The notes below the pieces were generated by a model. That model did not search any database. It saw only the letters and a program-made list of their open reading frames with translations, and was not told the origin of the DNA. Both the position numbers and the translations under genes were made by a program. DNA of 64,000 bases from an uncultured Candidatus Saccharibacteria bacterium (GTDB lineage Bacteria; Patescibacteriota; Minisyncoccia; Phycocordibacterales; UBA9973), in contig CAYREQ010000004.1 in NCBI GenBank assembly GCA_964423445.1, forward strand, positions 2,700-66,699. The letters are read 5' to 3'. This document shows, piece by piece, positions 1 to 7,801 of this stretch. Each line of letters opens with the position of its first letter. Position 1 is the stretch's first letter.

Positions 1-1140
1 AGCTACGGTACAAGATGAAGGGCCACTGGTAAAGCTTCCAGACATTTGTCCACTTACTGTGACAGATGTGTTTCCGTTTCCTGTGCCTGCTACGTTGTTA
101 CAATATATAGTATATAGAGTAGTAGATTGAAGTGTTCCTGTACTAAATGAGCCACTTGGAGCGGATACTGGTGAACCATTGTAAGCACATGAAGTAGCTG
201 TGGGTGCTGACCAGCTAATAGTAGAACTTCCATTATATGCTACAGAAGATGGACTAGCAGATACGGTGACGACAGGCACAGATACACAAGTAGAACCATT
301 CCAGGCACTACCTGAAACACAATCAGCATTCAATGTTACACTATCAAGTTCTACTCCATTGTGATAAAGATAGAATGTAGTATCACCATAATTTATAGGT
401 ACACTTAAATTTGTAGTTCTCCTAGTGGCATTAGACACAAAAGTCCCATCTGGGTTGTTGTGGGTCACTTCCGTAGTAGCCCCTTCTATAAGATCACTTG
501 TGTTCCATTTTATTAAAGCATAAGAGGTAGATCCACCAGCTGGTATCTCAGTTGCAAGAGCAGATATAAACCAGCCTGTAGGTGGAGTGACCGGGGTACG
601 AGTAATTGTAAAATTACTTGAGTTGACAACTGGTGCAACAGGATTACCATCTCTGTCTTGTGGGTTTCCATAATAGTTATCAAATTCATCCATATATGGC
701 AATGGATTACTTGTAGTATTGTTTGCTGTTACAGTAATTGTATAGTTTCCAGCTGGCCAAGATGATGCATCCACGCTATTACTAATATTAATTAACGGGT
801 CAGGACTACCAAAAGGTGCGCTCCAACTTCCAGAAAACATCTGCGTGCCTACACTATTGGTAATAACATAATCTACACTAGTGCCTCTCTCCTCTACGCC
901 AAAACCACTATTTTTTTCCGGGTCAAAACCTGCACAAAAATAGCTTTTTGTACCTGATATAGAGATAGAAATACTCTCTGGGTCATTATATGTACCTGTC
1001 GGACTAACTGATGAAATTGTAGGGTTTTTTGCATAATCATAAGTTCCACAACTAGCAAAAACTGTGTCTACATTAGAGAAAAATCCCCCGACCACGACCA
1101 AAGACACTAAAACAAAAAAACTGAGAGTTTTAAATTTCAT
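1..1140 (-). CDS. Secreted Ser/Thr-rich surface protein, probably Ig-like repeats (partial, runs off left edge)
   Basis: Frame read manually from ATG 1140 (MKFKTLSFFVLVSLVVVGGFFSNVDTVFA, signal peptide) to base 1. Contains beta-rich motifs such as 'ASPSSVAYNGSSTISWS' and 'YTIYC'. Not in the ORF track because no stop lies in the window. Confidence 0.8.
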   Translation of the reverse strand, partial: MKFKTLSFFVLVSLVVVGGFFSNVDTVFASCGTYDYAKNPTISSVSPTGTYNDPESISISISGTKSYFCAGFDPEKNSGFGVEERGTSVDYVITNSVGTQMFSGSWSAPFGSPDPLINISNSVDASSWPAGNYTITVTANNTTSNPLPYMDEFDNYYGNPQDRDGNPVAPVVNSSNFTITRTPVTPPTGWFISALATEIPAGGSTSYALIKWNTSDLIEGATTEVTHNNPDGTFVSNATRRTTNLSVPINYGDTTFYLYHNGVELDSVTLNADCVSGSAWNGSTCVSVPVVTVSASPSSVAYNGSSTISWSAPTATSCAYNGSPVSAPSGSFSTGTLQSTTLYTIYCNNVAGTGNGNTSVTVSGQMSGSFTSGPSSCTVA

Positions 1141-1299
1141 AATATGCATTTTTTATAAAAGTATTAATTACTTTTTATTATACAATATATATAAAATACA
1201 GTGGCAGAATATAAACTTGATTGTGTGGATAACTATAAAAAAATCATATATTTTCTCACATTGCTTTTAAATAAAATTTATGATATATTTATATAGTAT

Positions 1300-1329
1300 A
1301 AGTCCTGTGAGAGCAGGGCTTTTATTTTT
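1300..1329 (+). promoter_or_regulatory. Terminator-like hairpin in nusA 5' leader (possible attenuator)
   Basis: AAGTCCTG-TGAGAG-CAGGGCTT followed by a T-tract, between promoter TTGCTT(1261)-17-TATATT(1284) and the nusA ATG. Confidence 0.55.
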
Positions 1330-1350
1330 AAAAACTTAATAAAAAACACT

Positions 1351-2517
1351 ATGTTAGACTTAAAAACATTCAAATCAGCTCTAGAACAACTAGAACAAGA
1401 CAGAAAAATCCCAAAAGAAAAGATATTAGACGCTATAGAACAAGCTATGGCTGCTGCTTATAAAAAGGATTACGGTAAAAAAGGCCAAATAATAAGGGCT
1501 AAATTTGATCTTGATACAGGAAAAACCAATTTTTACCAAGTAAAAATCGTAGTAGATGATAGTATTGCCATACTAGATGAAGAAGTAGAAAAAGATGAAA
1601 ATGATGAAAGAGTATACTTTAATGCTGAGCATCATATTCTCTTAGAAGACGCAAAAAAGATAAAAAAGGGCGTAGAATTAAACGACGAAGTCGTCTTTCC
1701 TCTTGAAGCAAAGGATGATTACGGCCGAATCGCAGCCCAAACAGCAAAACAAGTCATAATCCAAAAGATTCGTGAGGCAGAAAGAGTGTCTATAATAGAC
1801 GAATATGGTACAAAAGAGGGTGAAATCATCTCTGGAATAGTCCAAAAAGTGGAAAGAGGCAATATTTATATAGATTTTAACCGTGCTACAGGTATTTTGC
1901 CAGTAGAAGAGCAAATTCCAGGTGAATTCTGGGAAAGAGGTCGCAGATTGCGAGCATATCTATATTCTGTAGAAGATACACAAAGAGGTATCAATCTTCG
2001 CTTGTCTCGTACACATCCTAAATTCTTAGAAAAGCTATTTATGATGGAGGCTCCAGAAATCCAAAATGGTATTGTAGAAATAAAGTCTATTGCTCGTGAA
2101 GCAGGGGCTCGCAGTAAAATAGCTGTACACTCAAACGATGAACACATAGATGCTGTAGGCTCATGTGTGGGTCAAAAAGGTACACGAGTAAACACTATTA
2201 CTCAAGAATTGGGAGGTGAAAAAATAGATATTATTCCTTGGTCTACTGATCCAAAAGTATTTGTGACCAATTCCCTGTCTCCAGCAAAGGTAATATCTAT
2301 AGATATAGACGAAGAAAACCATAAAGCTACTGTAGAAGTAGCCGATGATCAGCTTTCACTAGCTATTGGTAAAGGTGGGCAAAATGTACGCCTAGCTGCC
2401 AAGCTTACTGGATGGAAAATAGACATCAAGGGTGATGGAGCAATCGTTTCTGACGAAGATACAAATGAAGATATAGCTGAAAATGACGAAGATTTAGTTG
2501 AAAAGACTGAAGAATAA
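1351..2517 (+). CDS. nusA: Transcription termination factor NusA
   Basis: GRIAAQTAKQVI, S1 domain, KH motifs GSCVGQKG and AIGKGGQNVRLAAKLTGWKIDI. Confidence 0.98.
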   Translation: MLDLKTFKSALEQLEQDRKIPKEKILDAIEQAMAAAYKKDYGKKGQIIRAKFDLDTGKTNFYQVKIVVDDSIAILDEEVEKDENDERVYFNAEHHILLEDAKKIKKGVELNDEVVFPLEAKDDYGRIAAQTAKQVIIQKIREAERVSIIDEYGTKEGEIISGIVQKVERGNIYIDFNRATGILPVEEQIPGEFWERGRRLRAYLYSVEDTQRGINLRLSRTHPKFLEKLFMMEAPEIQNGIVEIKSIAREAGARSKIAVHSNDEHIDAVGSCVGQKGTRVNTITQELGGEKIDIIPWSTDPKVFVTNSLSPAKVISIDIDEENHKATVEVADDQLSLAIGKGGQNVRLAAKLTGWKIDIKGDGAIVSDEDTNEDIAENDEDLVEKTEE

Positions 2518-2532
2518 TAATACAATAATCTT

Positions 2533-3117
2533 ATGGCAAATATAAATCATAAACCCTCAAAATACATGCTAAATCTGTTGCATGTCCTTCCTGCCTTTGT
2601 GGAAGGAAAAACAGACGTATTAAATGTAATTGTAGAAAACAACTCAAGGTCATTGAATAAATATGAAATAATTACTGAATCTGGCCAACTAAAGCTCGAT
2701 CGTGTCGGCTATTCCCCTATCGTCTATCCATTTGCTTATGGAGCAATACCTATGACTTGGGATTATGACAATGACCCACTAGACATAGTGATAGCAAATG
2801 CTACAGAAGATTTTGTACCAGGCTCTCTAGTAGAGATAAGAATAATCGGGGTAATGAAATTTGAAGACGACGGAGAAATAGACGACAAAATCATAGGTGT
2901 AGTAAATGATGACAAGAGAAATAACCACATAAATACTATAGATGACCTAGGTGAGTACTTTAAGACTGAGACAAAATACTTCTGGGAAAAATATAAAGAA
3001 CTAAAAAAAGCTAATACTGGTATAACTAAAGGCTTTTTTGACAAAGAAGAAGCTATAAAGGTGGTACGTGAATGCGAACAAAGATACACAGATATCTATC
3101 TCAAAAAATTTGAATAG
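2533..3117 (+). CDS. ppa: Inorganic pyrophosphatase (family I)
   Basis: KYE, LDRV, YPFAYG, DNDPLD, DDKII motifs. Confidence 0.93.
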   Translation: MANINHKPSKYMLNLLHVLPAFVEGKTDVLNVIVENNSRSLNKYEIITESGQLKLDRVGYSPIVYPFAYGAIPMTWDYDNDPLDIVIANATEDFVPGSLVEIRIIGVMKFEDDGEIDDKIIGVVNDDKRNNHINTIDDLGEYFKTETKYFWEKYKELKKANTGITKGFFDKEEAIKVVRECEQRYTDIYLKKFE

Positions 3118-3165
3118 TGTATAATAAAGATGGTTCTTATTATAAGTTTTAATTGATTAAAAAAT

Positions 3166-3870
3166 ATGAAAAAATATTTAGGTTTGTTATTTGTATTAGC
3201 ATTAATTTTTAGTGTAGGTAACATTGCAAAAGCAGAAGAATCTACTACAGGTTCTAATTCTGGTTCTAGCGGTACAGGAATAATTCCACCTAGAGATGCA
3301 AAACCAAAACCTCCACTAAAAATAAAACCAAAAATTGATGAAAGGAAACCAAAAGAAGGAGAAATAAAAGCAATAAAAGAAGACTTTAAATTAAAGAGAG
3401 AAGAAGCAAAGACAAAGATGAAAGGTTTGCGAGACCAATTAAAGGGTGAAAAGGACGCAGCAAAATTAAAAATAAAAGAAGCTAGAATTGCTGGAAGAGA
3501 AAAAGCTTTGGAAAAATTTGATGGAGCAATAAAGAGAATGACTGCTCTAAAAGATAAAATAAATGAGCACATAGCAAAATTGGAAGTAAAAGGAGTAAAC
3601 GTAGATGATGCAAAGAAATTTGTAGCTACAGCTCAAGAAAAAATAGATGCAGCAGATGCAAAAATTGCAGAAATGAATGCCTTACTTGCTACTTCAATAG
3701 ATCAACTAAATGCAGACAATAAAACAAAGTTTAGAACTCTAGCAAAAGAAACACAGGCTCTAATAAAAGAAGCTCATACTGCTCTTAAAGATGCTGTAAA
3801 GTCACTAAAGGGTCAAGTAAAAGTAAAAGTGGAAGAAGAAAAAACTATTGAAACTAACACAGTTCAATAA
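3166..3870 (+). CDS. Secreted coiled-coil hypothetical protein
   Basis: Signal peptide (AKA|EE) followed by Lys/Glu/Ala-rich helical repeats. Confidence 0.8.
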   Translation: MKKYLGLLFVLALIFSVGNIAKAEESTTGSNSGSSGTGIIPPRDAKPKPPLKIKPKIDERKPKEGEIKAIKEDFKLKREEAKTKMKGLRDQLKGEKDAAKLKIKEARIAGREKALEKFDGAIKRMTALKDKINEHIAKLEVKGVNVDDAKKFVATAQEKIDAADAKIAEMNALLATSIDQLNADNKTKFRTLAKETQALIKEAHTALKDAVKSLKGQVKVKVEEEKTIETNTVQ

Positions 3871-3894
3871 AATTATTAACTTAAAATAAAAATT

Positions 3895-4140
3895 ATGGAA
3901 CCAGAAAAAAAATCAAATGGTGCAATGGTAGGATTAATAATCGTTGTAATCATACTTGTTATTGGAGGTATATATATGTGGCAAAAAAATAAAGGTGAAG
4001 TAGAAGCTCCTGCTGAAAATTTGGTAGAAGTATCCACTGAAGCTTTGAACAGCCAAGATGCTGCAGCTATAGATGCTCTAGATCAAGAGACAGAAGCTGT
4101 TGACGCAGAAGCTGGGGTAGATGTAGAAGCTGTAAACTAA
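3895..4140 (+). CDS. Small single-TM protein with acidic tail
   Basis: N-terminal hydrophobic helix, acidic C-terminus, operonic spacing. Confidence 0.75.
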   Translation: MEPEKKSNGAMVGLIIVVIILVIGGIYMWQKNKGEVEAPAENLVEVSTEALNSQDAAAIDALDQETEAVDAEAGVDVEAVN

Positions 4141-4158
4141 ATTAAAAAAATATTTTGA

Positions 4159-4194
4159 AAAAGCACCGTAAACTTTAAAGTTTACGGTGCTTTT
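4159..4194 (+). terminator. Intrinsic terminator (perfect 36-bp palindrome) overlapping the tig -35 box
   Basis: AAAAGCACCGTAAACTTT/AAAGTTTACGGTGCTTTT. Confidence 0.85.
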
Positions 4195-4227
4195 GACAAA
4201 AGAACTTAATATATATAAGATAAATGC
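4193..4227 (+). promoter_or_regulatory. Sigma70 promoter of tig (leaderless)
   Basis: TTGACA-17nt-TAAGAT-6nt-ATG. Confidence 0.75.
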
Positions 4228-5301
4228 ATGTTAAAAACAAAAATCAACAAGTTACCAAAAAGTGAAATAGAGATAGAAGGAGAAATCCCTGAGGATATAT
4301 TTGAAGGCTATTTTAATAAAGCTTTAAAAATACTTGGTGAAAATATAAAAATAGATGGTTTTAGAAAAGGTAAAATACCAGAAGCAGTACTCTTACAAAA
4401 TATTCCTGAGATAAGTATCTTGGAAAAGATGGCAGAGCTTGCCCTAAATGAACACTATCCAAAAATAATCACTGATGAAAAAATAGACGTCATAGCTAGG
4501 CCAGAAATAACTATCACCAAACTGGCTCGTAAAAACCCACTTGGTTTTAAAATAAAAACTGCCGTATTACCAGAAATAAAACTTCCTGACTATAAAAAAA
4601 TTGCAAAGAAGATTTTAGGAGAAGTCACTGATGCTGAAAAAAATATAGTAGTAAGTGATGAAGATTTAGAAAACACTATAAAAGATATCTTGAAATCTCG
4701 TGCACCAAAAAAACATGTAGCCGACGTGCCCGCCGAAGCTTTAGCGAAGGAGGGAGGTGAAGTAGTAGAAGACATAAAAGAAGAACTTCCGGAATTCAAT
4801 GATGAATTTGTAAAAAATCTCGGACCATTCAAAGATGTAGCAGATTTTAAAGATAAACTAAAAATAAATATAAAATTAGAAAAAGAAAACGCACAAAAAG
4901 AAAAAACTAGAGTAAAAATTATTGAAAAAATAATAGAAGATAGTGAGCTCGAATTGCCTGAGATATTGGTTGAAATAGAAGTAAATAAAATTCTACAAAG
5001 AATGGAAGCTGATATTACCCAGATGGGATTGAAGTTTGAAGATTATCTAAAACACTTAAACAAAACAATAGAAGATTTGAGAAAAGATTTTAGAGGCGAT
5101 GGAGAGAAAAAAGCAAAATTAGGCCTACTTTTAAATGAAATTTCCAAAGTAGAGAAAATAACTGCTGACCCTGAACTCGTAGCAAAAGAAGTAGCTGCTA
5201 TATTAGAACACTACAAAGACGCAGACCCGGAAAGGGCTCAAATGCACGCAGAAAATGTGCTAACCAATGAAAAGATTTTCCAATTTTTGGAAAGCCAATA
5301 A
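4228..5301 (+). CDS. tig: Trigger factor lacking the FKBP domain
   Basis: Ribosome-binding GFRKGKIP motif, LPEFNDEF, C-terminal domain; 357 aa. Confidence 0.93.
   Translation: MLKTKINKLPKSEIEIEGEIPEDIFEGYFNKALKILGENIKIDGFRKGKIPEAVLLQNIPEISILEKMAELALNEHYPKIITDEKIDVIARPEITITKLARKNPLGFKIKTAVLPEIKLPDYKKIAKKILGEVTDAEKNIVVSDEDLENTIKDILKSRAPKKHVADVPAEALAKEGGEVVEDIKEELPEFNDEFVKNLGPFKDVADFKDKLKINIKLEKENAQKEKTRVKIIEKIIEDSELELPEILVEIEVNKILQRMEADITQMGLKFEDYLKHLNKTIEDLRKDFRGDGEKKAKLGLLLNEISKVEKITADPELVAKEVAAILEHYKDADPERAQMHAENVLTNEKIFQFLESQ
4729..4754 (+). repeat. Short GC-rich imperfect palindrome in frame within tig (PAEALAKEG)
   Basis: CCCGCCGAAGCTTTAGCGAAGGAGGG within AT-rich coding sequence. Confidence 0.5.
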
Positions 5302-5302
5302 A

Positions 5303-6052
5303 CTACTCTACTTCCCGAGATGAACCCTCGGGAATTTTTGTTTCTGTTTCTCTATAAGCTTCGATGTCAATTAGATTGATATAATCTTTTCCACTTTCAT
5401 TACTTGTCATAAATTGTCTGGCTTGTAAATCATTTGGAGTTAACCCATTTAATAAAAACAATTGCTTTAATTCTTTTGCAAATTTTTCTATAACTAAATT
5501 ATCCTCATCTACAGAATGTCCTAAAATAGGTCTATACACTAAATATTTCCTGTGGGACTTTTTATCATTGATAGCAATAATGGGTTCTGAAAAATTAATT
5601 CCTTCAAAATTATACTTTTTTGCCAATTCTTGAGCTGCATTTGAGTTAATTAATTCTCTTACTTTTTTTGATAACACAATTTCATTTAAAATACCGAGCA
5701 TTGTGTAACGAGATCTTTTGTCATCATTTATAAAATCGCTTGAATCTATAAAATCTGATCCTTTACCCTCGCGCAAAAAATCTAAAGCTTCTTTTGTATA
5801 TTTTGCCATCCCTGAACCATATTTATATTTTAAATAAAATCTTTTAGTTTTATCTTTCAAGATAATAAATTGAGATTTTGAATTAGACATGAAACGAAAT
5901 GGGTATGATTTTATATCATTAAGAATGCTATCAATATCTTTTGAATTTGAATAATCTAAATTTACTACAATATCAAGATTACCTATGTGCTCAATTTTGT
6001 AAGTTTTTGGACTACTTTCTTTTATAGAAATACCAGACTCTGGAGTTTTCAT
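5303..6052 (-). CDS. Hypothetical protein with protein-kinase-like motifs
   Basis: FYLK, NEI, PNDLQARQF, LIDIE in kinase order; start chosen at 6052, 6 nt after TGnTATGAT. Confidence 0.6.
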   Translation of the reverse strand: MKTPESGISIKESSPKTYKIEHIGNLDIVVNLDYSNSKDIDSILNDIKSYPFRFMSNSKSQFIILKDKTKRFYLKYKYGSGMAKYTKEALDFLREGKGSDFIDSSDFINDDKRSRYTMLGILNEIVLSKKVRELINSNAAQELAKKYNFEGINFSEPIIAINDKKSHRKYLVYRPILGHSVDEDNLVIEKFAKELKQLFLLNGLTPNDLQARQFMTSNESGKDYINLIDIEAYRETETKIPEGSSREVE

Positions 6053-6124
6053 AAACAAATCATAGCAAAACACCCAATCATAGTCTAATGATTGGGTATT
6101 TTTTGTAAACATTATGTGAAAATC

Positions 6125-6973
6125 TTAGACTGGCTGGCCTTTTAATTTTTTATAAGCCATTATCATCCTAGTCATACCTATACCTCCACCGACTCTCGGA
6201 AAGAATTTTAATGATAAAAATTCATCAAGCTCTTTTTGCACTCTTTCTTTACCAAATAAATCATACAGAAGCTTAGCATATCCTCCACCTGAAATAGTAT
6301 TGAATTCTTCCCTCATTTCTTCTATGTTTGTACTTCTTTCTGCAGAGCCGATGGTCTCATGTCCATACATTATCACATCTATTTTTTCTGCATAATCTTT
6401 ACTCTTTCTTCGCATATTCCAAAATGGAGAAGTGAAAGATGGAAATTCTTTACAGAAAACTATTGGTCCAAAATCTTGCTCCATTTTATTTTCATTTTCA
6501 GTCTTTAGCTCTTCTACTCCATAAAAATTCTTTAATTCATCATAAGTTTTCATATGATATTTATCTCGTGGACCAAAGCCTAGATATTCCAAAAGCTCAA
6601 TCTCAAATTTTTCCAAATCAGAGAGTGTGCCAGGTAGTTCAAATTCAAACATTGGAAAAATTATTTTATGTCGTCCAGGGATTGGATTCTTTTCATTTCT
6701 ATAGCTAGTACTGACACAAAATACTCCAGGGAGTTCAGGGCGAGTCAATAATTCATATTCTAGCCACATCTGTCCTGTCTGTGGCAATGGCCAGACTTGT
6801 CCTGCGTAATTATATGTAGCTACAGTAGTAGGATCTTCACAGGCTGCTAATATAGAGAGTCTGTCTTGTGTATTTACTTCCACAAAACCTTTACTCAAAC
6901 AAAAACTTCTCATTTTATTTACGACCTCACTAAAAGCTACTACATCTCTCTCGCCCACATAATTGTCTATCAT
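6125..6973 (-). CDS. Class II aaRS paralog (AsnRS-like catalytic domain only; asparagine synthetase-like)
   Basis: SILAACEDP, WPLPQTGQMWLE, motif 2 SYRNE..RH..F.MFEFE, ETIGSAER, motif 3 GGGIGMTR; no anticodon-binding OB domain. Confidence 0.8.
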   Translation of the reverse strand: MIDNYVGERDVVAFSEVVNKMRSFCLSKGFVEVNTQDRLSILAACEDPTTVATYNYAGQVWPLPQTGQMWLEYELLTRPELPGVFCVSTSYRNEKNPIPGRHKIIFPMFEFELPGTLSDLEKFEIELLEYLGFGPRDKYHMKTYDELKNFYGVEELKTENENKMEQDFGPIVFCKEFPSFTSPFWNMRRKSKDYAEKIDVIMYGHETIGSAERSTNIEEMREEFNTISGGGYAKLLYDLFGKERVQKELDEFLSLKFFPRVGGGIGMTRMIMAYKKLKGQPV

Positions 6974-6994
6974 ATTATTTTTATGTTAACTAAT

Positions 6995-7024
6995 AAAAAA
7001 ACAACCCCATCACTGGGGCTGTTT
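6995..7024 (-). terminator. Intrinsic terminator in the leader of the aaRS paralog (attenuator)
   Basis: Minus strand AAACAGCCCCAGTGATGGGGTTGT-TTTTTT ending about 20 nt before the ATG. Confidence 0.7.
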
Positions 7025-7199
7025 GGAAACAAAATATAAAAAGAGAAATAAATTTAGGGTTTTTCGAACACCCATATTTTTTTCTCTTGTTTGATACATT
7101 GTTTACAATGATATCACTTTAAAAAGTGTCTGCAATGTGGATAACTTATAAAAATTATCTAAAGTTGAGAAAAATTTAAAAAAGGTATATTGTATATGT

Positions 7200-7796
7200 A
7201 TGTTAATACCAACAGTTATAGAAAAATCACAATTTGGAGAGCGTGCTTATGATATTTATTCACGTTTACTGCGTGAACGTATCATATTCTTGAGTGGCCC
7301 GATAGATGACCATACAGCAAATATCATCATAGCTCAGCTTTTATTCCTTGAATCCGAAGATTCAAAAAAGGACATTTACTTATATATAAATTCACCAGGT
7401 GGCTCTGTCACTTCTACTCTCGCTATTGTAGACACCATGAATCATGTCCGCCCAGATATATCTACTTTTTGTGTAGGTTTGGCTGCGTCTGGTGCTGCTA
7501 TAGTATTGTCTGCAGGTAAAAAAGGAAAAAGATACATACTTCCAAATGCTGAAGTTATGATTCACCAACCTTTAGGTGGTGTAGAAGGACAAGCTACAGA
7601 TATAGCCATCACTGCAAAGCACATACTAAAGACTAGAGATAACCTAAACAAACTTCTAGCAAAAAATACTGGCAAGACTTTGGCTCAAATAGAAAAAGAT
7701 GTAGAGCGAGATTTCTTTATGGACTCAGACGAAGCCAAAAAATATGGAATAGTAGATGAAATAGTCACAAAATCTAAACTTCCTGAGAAAAAATAA
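7200..7796 (+). CDS. clpP: ATP-dependent Clp protease proteolytic subunit
   Basis: [35 protein letters not shown]. Confidence 0.98.
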   Translation: MLIPTVIEKSQFGERAYDIYSRLLRERIIFLSGPIDDHTANIIIAQLLFLESEDSKKDIYLYINSPGGSVTSTLAIVDTMNHVRPDISTFCVGLAASGAAIVLSAGKKGKRYILPNAEVMIHQPLGGVEGQATDIAITAKHILKTRDNLNKLLAKNTGKTLAQIEKDVERDFFMDSDEAKKYGIVDEIVTKSKLPEKK

Positions 7797-7801
7797 AGTA
7801 T

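Noticed and set aside
1064-1270. 68-aa plus-strand ORF
   Set aside because: Overlaps the start of the real minus-strand gene and an AT-rich promoter region
6974-7100. T-box riboswitch
   Set aside because: No T-box antiterminator consensus, and the leader is too short
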